This document shows positions 8,113-17,030 of a stretch of 46,130 nt of DNA, one piece after another. The stretch is from Phycisphaerae bacterium (GTDB lineage: Bacteria > Planctomycetota > Phycisphaerae > Phycisphaerales > Phycisphaeraceae), in assembly GCA_002688155.1 (NCBI GenBank), contig NZCH01000046.1:1-46130 (forward strand), in the 5' to 3' direction. How positions within the stretch are numbered: the stretch's first letter is position 1; every line of letters begins with the position of its first letter. A program made the position numbers and the translations under genes. The notes under the pieces are model-generated. The model was given only the letters and a program-made list of their open reading frames with translations, did no database searches and was not told where the DNA came from.

Positions 8113-9105
8113 CTAACTACTCCGCCGCAGGTGGTTCGGGTTAATCGCCCACTCGCCGAGCATGGGTTCTATCTGGTCCCAGAATCGTTTGCCATCGCGC
8201 GCGTAGCCGGCCGTGGGCCGAATGGCAGGGGCGCGGTGGGCGAACCAGTTTTGGAAGCGGTGCATGAGTAGTTCGCGGCAGTACTTGCTGATCATGCTCG
8301 CAAGCGCGACGGGCAGGTGGTTGCCGTCGGCGTTCGTTTCGAATCGGACGGTCATACGGCGCGACGTGTCGTGGCGTCCGACCAGGCGATAAATGCTGGC
8401 GTGGGGCGACTCCTCGACGATCGCGAGTTCCGCGTCGGGAAAGTTGATCGCCAGCGGTGACAGGTAGTGCGTGCGCCCGGACTGGCGATCGACCACAACC
8501 GTCGGGCACGCGCGTCCGTATGCCTGCCAGATTGACCGCAGGTGCCGCGCGACAAACGTAAAACTGGTCGAGGCTTTGGACTTTGTCGCAGCAACCATCT
8601 GGTTGAACCGGTCTTCGAAAACGACGGCGGCGGCGAGCCGGGCGATTTTGATGTTGGCCTGGTCGAGCGCGCGTGTGAGCATGCTGCACGCGATGCCCGC
8701 CTCGCCGATGGTACACGCGGCGGGCAGCAGGTCCCATGGCCTGTCGCGCGACGCCTCATACCACGGCAGGCGTTGCAGCGCGTGGTGGTCGTTTTCACCC
8801 AGTGCGTCGAGCAACTGCCCGACGTGGGATGGCTGTTTGCCCGCCGCGGCGACACACGCGAGCACGCCACGCTCCAAATGCATGATGCCTGTCGCCTGGG
8901 TATGCAATTTCTTTGAGTCATTGATCGCAACGCGCCCGCGTCGCTGGCTCAGGCCCCGGCACACGGCGGGCGACAACTCGCCCCACAGGTCGGGCAACTG
9001 GTCGTCCGGGGATGCGTCCTCGAGCACGAATGCGGCGCTGCCGATCAGCAGCGGCCCGAACATGGGCCCGTAACCCGCCTCATCGATGCCCGCGTACACC
9101 AGCAT
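8113..9105 (-). CDS. RNase HII-family-like protein, enlarged (330 aa)
   Basis: AGIDEAGYGP, INDSKKL and ASMISKYCRE resemble the RNase HII motifs GIDEAGRGP, DSKKL and ASIIAKV. The protein is about 130 aa longer than canonical RNase HII. I chose ATG 9105 (MLVYAGIDEAG) as the start. Confidence 0.55.
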   Translation of the reverse strand: MLVYAGIDEAGYGPMFGPLLIGSAAFVLEDASPDDQLPDLWGELSPAVCRGLSQRRGRVAINDSKKLHTQATGIMHLERGVLACVAAAGKQPSHVGQLLDALGENDHHALQRLPWYEASRDRPWDLLPAACTIGEAGIACSMLTRALDQANIKIARLAAAVVFEDRFNQMVAATKSKASTSFTFVARHLRSIWQAYGRACPTVVVDRQSGRTHYLSPLAINFPDAELAIVEESPHASIYRLVGRHDTSRRMTVRFETNADGNHLPVALASMISKYCRELLMHRFQNWFAHRAPAIRPTAGYARDGKRFWDQIEPMLGEWAINPNHLRRSS

Positions 9106-9112
9106 GGACATT

Positions 9113-9118
9113 AATATA
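9113..9118 (-). promoter_or_regulatory. -10-like hexamer TATATT 7 nt before ATG 9105 (leaderless candidate)
   Basis: The minus strand reads CTTATATTAATGTCCATG, in an AT-rich patch within a GC-rich context. Confidence 0.4.
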
Positions 9119-9478
9119 AGGCACGGACGCGGCGCGGTGGCCCCGAGGGTGCATCTCGGCTGTGACCCGAACATCCAGAAGATGCTCGAACTGGTCCGCA
9201 AGGGAATCGATCTGGCGAACGTGCGTGCTGAGAAACGCAACTGGCAGATCAATACGATGCGAAAAGCCGGCGCGGAAAAACCATCCCTCACCAGAGAACA
9301 ACTCTTCGAAATGATTGAGCCGCATAGGGACTTCGTCCGGGGTCACACGCAGTTCGAAAGCAAACACGGTCAACTCGATCACGACGATCAGTGTGGGTGG
9401 ATAAGTCGGAAAAACGGCAATTCCGGGCCCGTGGCTGTCCGTCCGGGGACTGCGGTGTGGGTGTTGCGGCGTGTGCCG

Positions 9479-9484
9479 TATCAT
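9479..9484 (+). promoter_or_regulatory. -10-like hexamer TATCAT 7 nt before ATG 9492 (leaderless candidate)
   Basis: TATCAT-ggtcgca-ATG. Confidence 0.4.
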
Positions 9485-9491
9485 GGTCGCA

Positions 9492-10424
9492 ATGCAACCG
9501 TTTGCGTGGGCCGGTCTAGTGATGAGTGTGCCCGATGCGTTTCGCCCGATTCGCATTCGAGGCGATGCGGCGCGCGGAAGCATCGATCTGGGTGATGACC
9601 GCAGGCCGCGGCTTGAAATTCACTGGGGGAAGGTCACAAAAACGAAGTTCGACGCCGTGTCGTTCGCCAAACGGCAACTCGCGCGCGCCGCAGAGGTCCG
9701 TAGGAGTGAACGACGGTCGCTCGCGTTCGATGTGATCGAGCACGACACGCTCGCGACGCTGCTGGTGCACCACGATGACGGCAAGGAACTCGACCGGTTC
9801 GTGGGCTTCGACGCCGTAAGCCGACGCGTGATTGAGCTTGCGTACCATCGCGCCAACGAGCGCGAAGACCACGCGGTGCGTGACGAAACGATCGCGCGTC
9901 TGACGGTCACGCCGCCGGACCGGCCGCAGCTCTGGGCGTTCTTCGACGTTCGGTTCACGAGCCCGGCGCACTTTAAGTATCGCGGCGCGACGTTGAACCT
10001 TGGCGACATGACGGTCGACCTGAATTGGGCCGACAAGGGCTGGTGGCGGCCGATGATGAGCGTCCGCCACATTTACCCCGCCACGTTGGCGCTGTCGCGC
10101 CAGCCGATCGATCAGTGGATGCGAACGACCATCACCGGCAGGCAACTGCCATACCGCGCAGCGCAACGATTCACGCGATCGCGCAAGCCCGCGCCGTTTG
10201 AACAAATTGACACGCCATACGGACCGGCGCTCGTCGTCGACACCCGACTGCGCTTGAGCTACCGCGTCTTTCAATGGCGTTTGCCCGGCGTGCAACGCAC
10301 GTGCATCGTGCACGACGAAGAACACGATCGGCTGGTGGTCATTCAGATCGCCGATCGGCGCGACCGGCTTGAAAGTCGATGTGCGTTTGTGCTTAAGCAC
10401 ACGCCGCAGCGCAACATACAATGA
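9492..10424 (+). CDS. hypothetical protein (310 aa), no recognisable domain
   Basis: Track ORF 9471..10424. The third codon position is strongly GC-rich, while the antisense 411-aa ORF is an R-rich artefact. The start is uncertain (GTG 9471, ATG 9483, 9492 or 9522). Confidence 0.6.
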   Translation: MQPFAWAGLVMSVPDAFRPIRIRGDAARGSIDLGDDRRPRLEIHWGKVTKTKFDAVSFAKRQLARAAEVRRSERRSLAFDVIEHDTLATLLVHHDDGKELDRFVGFDAVSRRVIELAYHRANEREDHAVRDETIARLTVTPPDRPQLWAFFDVRFTSPAHFKYRGATLNLGDMTVDLNWADKGWWRPMMSVRHIYPATLALSRQPIDQWMRTTITGRQLPYRAAQRFTRSRKPAPFEQIDTPYGPALVVDTRLRLSYRVFQWRLPGVQRTCIVHDEEHDRLVVIQIADRRDRLESRCAFVLKHTPQRNIQ

Positions 10425-10464
10425 CACCGTGGCCAAAGCCGACACACTATCCCGTGACACGGCG

Positions 10465-10791
10465 ATGAGCGCCAAACCCGTCGCCGTCCAGGTCGTTGGG
10501 CGCGAAGACCTCGGCAACGGCGGGCAGCGACTGACCGTCGAATACCAGTCCACCGGCTGGCGGCGCTGGCTGCTGCGCGCGCCGGAAAACCTGACGCGAC
10601 AATTCGAACTCGACCCCCTGGGCCTGCAAGTCTTTGAAATGTGCGACGGCCAGAAAAACGTCCGCCACATCATCGACCGGTTCGCCAAACACAACAATGT
10701 CAACCGCCACGAAGCCCAAAGGGCCGTCACCACGTTCCTGCGCACACTCATGCAAAAGGGTGTCGTGCAAATGATGATTCACGACACATAA
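10465..10791 (+). CDS. PqqD-family protein (RiPP recognition element-like peptide chaperone)
   Basis: FELDPLGLQVFEMCDGQKNVRHIIDRFAKHNNVNRHEAQRAVTTFLRTLMQKGVV matches the PqqD/PF05402 pattern (LN..g..iw.l.DG..t..ei...l......d...a..dv..Fl..L...gli). The start is at ATG 10465, 40 nt after the preceding gene. Confidence 0.75.
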   Translation: MSAKPVAVQVVGREDLGNGGQRLTVEYQSTGWRRWLLRAPENLTRQFELDPLGLQVFEMCDGQKNVRHIIDRFAKHNNVNRHEAQRAVTTFLRTLMQKGVVQMMIHDT

Positions 10792-10802
10792 CCGCCCGCG
10801 GC

Positions 10803-11519
10803 TTAGCGCGCTTCGCTCTCCCCCAACAATCCCCCCATGCGCACATTCTGAAGTTTGTTCGCACGCACGAACGCCTCAGCGTACTTGTACCCCGATTCGA
10901 TGCCGCGAAAGCGCGCCCGCACCATTTCGTACTCGATCATGGTGTCTTCGATCTGACCGCCGTCGGGCAACTGCGACTTGTGCGCCGCCAGCGTGTCCTG
11001 TTTGATCTGCGCGTACTGACTCACATCGACGTACACGTCCGGCGTAAACGGTACGAACCATGTATCGCTGTAATAAAGTGCCGGATGGGTTTCGAACGGC
11101 TCACCTTCCTCGGAGCGCAATATACATCTGTACGATGCGTCTGTAACGCACTTGCACGTCTCCATGTGATCAAAGTGATAGTCCAGCGGCGGGTGCGTCA
11201 CGATCACCCGCGGCCGATGGTCGAATATCGTCTTCACTACCGCGTCCGCTGCCGCCTTGCTGTTTCGAAACCCCCATTCCTTAAACCCAAGAAACACCGG
11301 TATGGCGTCGAGCAACTTCGCCGCGGCGCGCGATTCGTTGTTGCGACGTTCGATGTTTGCGTCCGACACGTCGTCGGGCGTCCAGCACCCGTCGGTCATT
11401 ACCACCGACACAACGCGCCAGCCGGCCTCGATGTGACGCATCATCGTCCCAGCCATCAGTTCGTTGTCATCGTGGTGCGCGCCGATGAACATGATCGTTA
11501 CGGACGTTGAGTCAGACAT
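10803..11519 (-). CDS. PIG-L family deacetylase (LmbE-like)
   Basis: The N-terminal IMFIGAHHDDNELMAG resembles the AHPDDE zinc motif. HFDHME follows later, and the 238-aa length fits. Confidence 0.85.
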   Translation of the reverse strand: MSDSTSVTIMFIGAHHDDNELMAGTMMRHIEAGWRVVSVVMTDGCWTPDDVSDANIERRNNESRAAAKLLDAIPVFLGFKEWGFRNSKAAADAVVKTIFDHRPRVIVTHPPLDYHFDHMETCKCVTDASYRCILRSEEGEPFETHPALYYSDTWFVPFTPDVYVDVSQYAQIKQDTLAAHKSQLPDGGQIEDTMIEYEMVRARFRGIESGYKYAEAFVRANKLQNVRMGGLLGESEAR

Positions 11520-11543
11520 TACGTGTATTCCATCGCATTGAAG

Positions 11544-12053
11544 TCACTGGGGCAACTCGAACTTCCCACCGCGCCTGGGCTGCGGGTCCATTTGCAGCAC
11601 GGCCGCGAACCGGTTGATGAACTCGCGCTCGCGCACCGGGTTACCGAAATGCCCGACGCGGATCGCCACGACGATCTGATCACCCACCGCGCCGCCGTCA
11701 GGCGCATCATCAGCGCGCCACGCCTTGATCTTCGCACGCTGACTCGTGGGTAGCAGCGCAATCACCTCGACGTGCGGCAGCGACCGGTCCAGTTCGTTCG
11801 TCAGGTCTTCGCCGTCCTCGGACGTCAGCGTGACCGTCGACACATGCCCCCACCCGACGCGCTTGACGGCACGTTTGATGTCGTCGGCCGCCCGCTCAAA
11901 AGTGCCCGGCACACGCGCGAAAGTCGTATCACCAGGCGACTGCGTCACCGGCTCAATCACCGGCCCGCTCGCCGCGCAGCCAAACACAAAACAAACCGCC
12001 GTGCCACCTAATACACGAGAAAAAACCGCCAATTTCCGTCGTTGCGTGTTCAT
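11544..12053 (-). CDS. hypothetical lipoprotein
   Basis: The signal peptide has a lipobox-like FVFGC. The gene ends 24 nt upstream of the PIG-L gene on the same strand, so the two are probably co-transcribed. Confidence 0.6.
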   Translation of the reverse strand: MNTQRRKLAVFSRVLGGTAVCFVFGCAASGPVIEPVTQSPGDTTFARVPGTFERAADDIKRAVKRVGWGHVSTVTLTSEDGEDLTNELDRSLPHVEVIALLPTSQRAKIKAWRADDAPDGGAVGDQIVVAIRVGHFGNPVREREFINRFAAVLQMDPQPRRGGKFELPQ

Positions 12054-12132
12054 AACCGTTCGTCCCGCGCTAATTCACGTGGTAAAATACTATTGTAAAA
12101 CAACCGGGAACCCACGGATTGTATCCGCAGGC

Positions 12133-12151
12133 TTCGACTTTACGACTAACC
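12133..12151 (+). promoter_or_regulatory. TTCGACTTTACGACTAACC element, 16 nt before the phoH TTG
   Basis: This is near-identical to TTCGACTTTCGACTCACC at 23129-23146 upstream of metG (one indel and one mismatch). Confidence 0.3.
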
Positions 12152-12167
12152 AGGGAGAACCCGCCAG

Positions 12168-13157
12168 TTGGAACAAACCATTGACCTGCCTTCCGGCGCC
12201 CACCGCGTGGCCGTCACCGGCGCCGCCGAACGCCATCTTAAGATCATTCGCGAGTGCCTGAGGGTACGCATCACCAGCCGCAACGGGCACATCCGTATCG
12301 AAGGTGAACCGCGCCAGGTTCACCAGGCAACGCACATTATCGATCGGCTCAAAGACGCAGCCGTGCGCAACAAACCCATCGACCACCAGCAACTGCTCGA
12401 AATGATCGCCTCGGTCGAGCATCAGACCGGCGCCGGTGCGCCAAGCGGCGAGCACGTACTGGGCGAATCACTGAGCGTTTACCTGCCGGGCAAGCATATC
12501 AAACCACTCACGCCCGGGCAGCGCGAGTACCTCGATGCAATCGAACACCACGACCTGGTCATCAGCGTCGGCCCGGCAGGAACGGGCAAAACCTACATGG
12601 CCGTCGCCGCCGCCGTCGCCATGCTCAAAGCAGGCCAAACAAGAAAACTCGTCCTCGCCAGGCCCGCCGTTGAAGCCGGTGAAAAACTCGGCTTCCTGCC
12701 AGGTGACATGCAGCAAAAGGTCAACCCCTACCTGAGACCGCTGCTTGACGCATTGCATGACATGATGACCTTCGACCAGGTTCAGCGCCTCATCGAAGCC
12801 GACGTGATCGAAATCATCCCGCTCGCCTTCATGCGTGGCCGAACACTCAACGACGCCGTCATCATTCTCGACGAAGCGCAAAACACCACGCGCAACCAAA
12901 TGCTCATGTTCCTCACGCGCATGGGTCAGGGCAGCAAAATGGTCGTTACCGGTGACACCACGCAAATCGATCTGGAAGAGCCCCGCGACTCAGGCCTCAT
13001 CGACGCCGCCCGCCGCCTGCGCAAAGTCTCGGGCGTCGCCAGCGTCACACTTACCGAGCGCGACATCGTGCGGCATAGTCTGGTGCAGCGGATTGTTGAT
13101 GCGTATGGACAGGACGGGGCGGGCGGCCGCAGGGGCAACATCAACAGTCCGGCATGA
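12168..13157 (+). CDS. phoH: PhoH family ATPase (PhoH/YbeZ-like)
   Basis: Walker A is GPAGTGKTY, followed by LARPAVEAGEKLGFLPGD and ILDEAQN. The start is TTG with GGGAGA 10 nt upstream. Confidence 0.9.
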   Translation: MEQTIDLPSGAHRVAVTGAAERHLKIIRECLRVRITSRNGHIRIEGEPRQVHQATHIIDRLKDAAVRNKPIDHQQLLEMIASVEHQTGAGAPSGEHVLGESLSVYLPGKHIKPLTPGQREYLDAIEHHDLVISVGPAGTGKTYMAVAAAVAMLKAGQTRKLVLARPAVEAGEKLGFLPGDMQQKVNPYLRPLLDALHDMMTFDQVQRLIEADVIEIIPLAFMRGRTLNDAVIILDEAQNTTRNQMLMFLTRMGQGSKMVVTGDTTQIDLEEPRDSGLIDAARRLRKVSGVASVTLTERDIVRHSLVQRIVDAYGQDGAGGRRGNINSPA

Positions 13158-13512
13158 CCGATGATGATCGTCGGTACGCGCGATCGCTCAGCGCCTTCCG
13201 GGCGCATTGATCTTTGCGCAAGATCCGCTGCGAGGTTACTGAAACTGTGGTGAGTTGCGTGAGTATCTTCAGACGCAGCGTGAACCACGGGAAGTTGTCA
13301 TGACCTGCGAGGGCACTCGTGTAGACACTCAGGCACGTGAGACGGACACGACGGTCCTCGTTGACGGGAACGAACTCGCAATCGTCGGGTTCAATGAGAA
13401 GTTTCGAATCTATCGGATCAAAAGGACGGATCCGAAGCCAGCGTTATATCCTTGAGAACCGACAACATTATTTGACACGCATGAAGATACAGAGACATTC
13501 ATCACAGAACGT

Positions 13513-14059
13513 TTACTCTGGCCGTGCAGGACTTCGGATGGTGGCGCCGTCGGCGCTGGGATCTTCGCGTTTGAGGGGCCGGCGTTTCATGCCAGCGCCG
13601 GATTCCATCAACGCATCGATCTGCTGATCGGGGTATCCGAGTAAATCACGCAACGCCTCTCGAGTGTGCTGTGCCAGCTTCGGCGCGCACGATTTGCCTT
13701 GCTGCCGCGCATTTTCATAGGCGTTGTGGTCAGCCGGGTTGGCCCGAAGGTCGGATGATTCGTTTCCACGATCATGCTTCCCGACTCAGCTTGTTCGTCG
13801 ACCAGATGACCTGATCCACAGACACGCAAACGGCATCCGCCACGAATCGGCGCAATTGCAGCGTCGCGGCACAACTGAGACCTGTCAGATCATGCGAATA
13901 CCACAACAACGTCCGCCCACCAGCCTCCATTGCCAGACATCGCGACAGTAACGGCAGGTCGACCTGCGTCATCGTCGGCGTCGTGCCCCAGGCACCATAC
14001 TCGGGGTGAATGCGCGGCGTCTCGTCGAAACCCGTCATCGATGCGCGGAATTGGATCAT
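13513..14059 (-). pseudogene. family III CoA-transferase (CaiB/BaiF-like) remnant: C-terminal half only, at least 2 frameshifts
   Basis: My own three-frame reading pieces together ..SVDQV / HLVDEQAESGSMIVETNHPTFGPTRLTTTPMKMRGSKANRA / APKLAQHTREALRDLLGYPDQQIDALMESGA. This matches the conserved C-terminus of CaiB/BaiF proteins but is split over three frames. The N-terminal Rossmann half is absent. Confidence 0.65.
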
Positions 14060-14181
14060 GGTCGAATACTATCACGGAGGACTCGTCGCACCATGTCGGT
14101 CATTGCGAATGCACAAGACTGAGCTGTTACGATTGATCGTCAGATCTTGTACCGTGACTCATTCCCGAAAACGACAAAACC

Positions 14182-16167
14182 ATGATCGTACCCAACGCAC
14201 ATGCTCAGGCGCAGTTCTTGAACGTGATTGATCGCGACGAAGCCCATCGTCGGTTTCACGCGGCATTGCGGCTGGACGTGCTTGACGAAGAACCGGTGTC
14301 GCTTGACCAGTCGCTTGGCCGGGTACTCGCGCGCGACGTCGCGGCGCAGGTGGACGTGCCGTCGTTCGACCGGTCGAACTTTGACGGTTTCGCCGTGCGT
14401 GCAGCCGACACGTTTGGCGCCGACGAAACGAAGCCGCGCCGGCTTGCCTTGCTCGACCAGACCATTGCCGCATCCGTTGAACCGACCACGCCGGTGATAC
14501 CCGGCACGGCCGCGCCCATCGCGACCGGCGGCATGCTGCCGCGCGGCGGTGATGCGATCGTCATGGTCGAGCACACGGATCAGGAAGGCGATGAGCTGCT
14601 CGTGCGTCGCGCAGTGTCGCCGGGCCATGGCGTCAGTTTCGCCGGCACGGACATCGCGTCGGGCGAAATCGTTTTGCGCTGCGGCACCGTGCTCACCAGT
14701 CGTGACACGGGGGTGCTTGCCGCGATTGGGTTCAATCGCGTGTTCGTGCACCGCCGACCACGCGTCGCGGTCGTTTCGACCGGCGACGAAATCGTCGCAC
14801 CGGGCGCACCTATGCGCCCGGGCATGGTCTACGACTCCAACGCGCGCATCATCGCCGACGCCGTACGTGAACTCGGCGGCGAATCGATCGAACTGGGCAT
14901 CGTGCGCGACGATGTTGATGAACTGCGCACCCGGCTCGCAACCGCGCTCGGCATGTGCGACATGGTGTTGCTGTCCGGCGGCACGAGTAAGGGGGCAGGC
15001 GACCTGTCGTACCTCGTGGTCAGCGAACTAAACGACCCGGGCATCGTCGCGCACGGCGTGGCGCTCAAACCCGGCAAGCCGATTTGTCTGGCGGCGCACG
15101 AAGGCAAGGCGGTCGTTATTCTTCCGGGCTTTCCCACGTCGGCGATCTTCACGTTTCACGAGTTCGCCGCGCCGGTGATCGCGCGCCTCGCGGGTCGACC
15201 CGCGCCGCAACACCGCCGCGTGCGCGCTAACCTTGCGTTGAAAGTCAATTCTGAAATCGGCCGCACGGAATATCTGCTCGTGGGTTTGATCGATCGCGCG
15301 CATGCGCCGCCGAACTCGCAAACCGGTGCGGCTTCGCAATCCGCCGACGAACACGTGCGCCTGACCGCGTACCCCAGGGGCAAGGGCTCGGGCTCGGTCA
15401 CCACATTCAGCCGTGCGGATGGCTTCATCACGATCGGCCGGCACTCAGAAATCGTCGAGCAGGGCGCAGCCGTTGAGGTGCAACTGCTTGGCCGCGACCT
15501 GGCACCTGCCGACCTGGTGGTCATCGGCAGCCACTGCGCCGGGTTGGACTACCTGCTGGGCAAACTCCAGGAGCAGGGCGTGTGCATCAAATTCATGGCC
15601 GTGGGTTCGACCGCCGGCCTCGATGCGGCGCGGCGCGGCGAGTGTGACCTGGCGGGCGTACACCTGCTCGACCCCGATACCGGCCAGTACAACCGCCCAT
15701 TCCTTTCCCCGGACGTGCAACTGATCGAAGGCTACGGCCGCATGCAGGGCATCGTCTTTCGCCAGGACGACCCGCGGTTCGCCGGCCGCGAGCGTGACGC
15801 CATCCTCGAAACGATCAAGTCCGACACCGAGTGCCTGATGGTCAATCGCAACAAGGGCAGTGGCACGCGCATTCTGATCGACCGCCTGCTTGATGGCGTG
15901 CAGCCCACGGGGTACGCGGTACAGGCACGCAATCACAACGCCGTTGCTGCAGCGGTGTCGCAAAACCGTGCTGACTGGGGCGTCGCCATTGAGTCCGCTG
16001 CAAAACACGCGGGGCTTGGCTTCCTTCCGCTGACTCGTGAGAAATACGACTTCGTCATGCCGGCGTCACGCGCATCGGCGCCCGCCGTAGTCGCGTTTCG
16101 TGAATTGCTCGGGGATGACAAAACGCGCGGCAACCTCACCGCAATGGGGTTCGTGCTGCCAACCTAA
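14182..16167 (+). CDS. moeA: molybdopterin molybdotransferase MoeA fused to a C-terminal periplasmic-binding-protein-like (molybdate-binding type) domain
   Basis: The N-terminal ~410 aa have MoeA motifs (VPSFDRSNFDGFAV, IATGGMLPRGGDAIVMVE, LLSGGTSKGAGD). The C-terminal ~240 aa resemble the COG1910-type substrate-binding domain. Confidence 0.85.
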   Translation: MIVPNAHAQAQFLNVIDRDEAHRRFHAALRLDVLDEEPVSLDQSLGRVLARDVAAQVDVPSFDRSNFDGFAVRAADTFGADETKPRRLALLDQTIAASVEPTTPVIPGTAAPIATGGMLPRGGDAIVMVEHTDQEGDELLVRRAVSPGHGVSFAGTDIASGEIVLRCGTVLTSRDTGVLAAIGFNRVFVHRRPRVAVVSTGDEIVAPGAPMRPGMVYDSNARIIADAVRELGGESIELGIVRDDVDELRTRLATALGMCDMVLLSGGTSKGAGDLSYLVVSELNDPGIVAHGVALKPGKPICLAAHEGKAVVILPGFPTSAIFTFHEFAAPVIARLAGRPAPQHRRVRANLALKVNSEIGRTEYLLVGLIDRAHAPPNSQTGAASQSADEHVRLTAYPRGKGSGSVTTFSRADGFITIGRHSEIVEQGAAVEVQLLGRDLAPADLVVIGSHCAGLDYLLGKLQEQGVCIKFMAVGSTAGLDAARRGECDLAGVHLLDPDTGQYNRPFLSPDVQLIEGYGRMQGIVFRQDDPRFAGRERDAILETIKSDTECLMVNRNKGSGTRILIDRLLDGVQPTGYAVQARNHNAVAAAVSQNRADWGVAIESAAKHAGLGFLPLTREKYDFVMPASRASAPAVVAFRELLGDDKTRGNLTAMGFVLPT

Positions 16168-16205
16168 CGCCCGCGGACAGCGGGTCGTGAGATTTAACAC
16201 CCAAC

Positions 16206-16211
16206 TACAAT
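16206..16211 (+). promoter_or_regulatory. -10 hexamer TACAAT 6 nt before ATG 16218 (leaderless candidate)
   Basis: TACAAT-accacc-ATG has the same geometry as metG (TACAAT-cccgcc-ATG). Confidence 0.45.
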
Positions 16212-16217
16212 ACCACC

Positions 16218-17030
16218 ATGGTCACGCAAACGCACAAACAGGAATTAGAAGAACAAGGCTACTTCGTTGTTGAAGGTTTACTTTCACCGCAAGAGGTCGC
16301 CGAGTCCGTTGCCGAGGTTGAGAAGCTGCACGAAGTCGCGCGTACAGTGTGCGAAGCCGACAAGCAGAACTTTCAGATTGAGCCGTTTGTTGACGATGCG
16401 CAGCACAACGGAAAACTCGTGCTGCGAAAGATCGAGCAGCCGTACAAGTACTCGCCGTGGTTTGACGCGCTTGCGCGGCAACCCAAACTCGTGGCGATCC
16501 TTAGCGAACTTCTCGGCCCGGACCTGTTGCTGTTTCGCAGCACGCTGATGCTCAAGCCCGCGTTTCGCGGTTCGGTGCACGGGTTTCACCAGGACACGTC
16601 CTACTGGCCCATGCACCCGCCGCACCTGGTGACGGTCAGCATTGCGATGACCGATGCGACGCCGCAGAACGGCTGCTTTCAGGTCATCCCCGACAGCCAC
16701 AAGGCCGGCACGCGGGATATTTCCGAATGGGGCGCTATCGCGCGCGACCAGGATAGCAAGCTCACCGATCGGCAGGACATCGACATGAGCCAGGTGATTT
16801 ACGTGCCGCTCAAGGCCGGTAGCGCGCTGTTCTTCCACAGCGCGCTCGTGCACGGCTCAGGCCCGAACAAGTCACCCAACCCCCGCAACACTGCTTTGTA
16901 CGCGTATTTCACGCCGGACGTGAAATACGCGCCAACGCCAGACCAGCCGCGCGAGGCAATTTACAACGTCGTTGCCGGCATGGACGGACAAAAGCAGGTC
17001 ACCTTTACCGCCGAAGAAACAGGCGTGTAA
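16218..17030 (+). CDS. phytanoyl-CoA dioxygenase (PhyH) family protein
   Basis: The N-terminus EEQGYFVVEGLLS, the facial-triad region GFHQDTSYW and a distal HSALVHGSGPN fit the PhyH family. Confidence 0.85.
   Translation: MVTQTHKQELEEQGYFVVEGLLSPQEVAESVAEVEKLHEVARTVCEADKQNFQIEPFVDDAQHNGKLVLRKIEQPYKYSPWFDALARQPKLVAILSELLGPDLLLFRSTLMLKPAFRGSVHGFHQDTSYWPMHPPHLVTVSIAMTDATPQNGCFQVIPDSHKAGTRDISEWGAIARDQDSKLTDRQDIDMSQVIYVPLKAGSALFFHSALVHGSGPNKSPNPRNTALYAYFTPDVKYAPTPDQPREAIYNVVAGMDGQKQVTFTAEETGV

Noticed and set aside
9516-10751. A 411-aa minus-strand ORF spanning the 310-aa gene and the PqqD-like gene. Similar long antisense ORFs occur at 3000..3935, 4294..5358, 20764..21654, 23304..24080, 25489..26280, 27591..28655, 35024..35842 and 39591..40277.
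   Set aside because: They are Arg/Ala/Pro-rich and low-complexity, lack recognisable motifs, and lie exactly antisense to genes with strong family signatures. This is the usual open-frame artefact of high-GC DNA.
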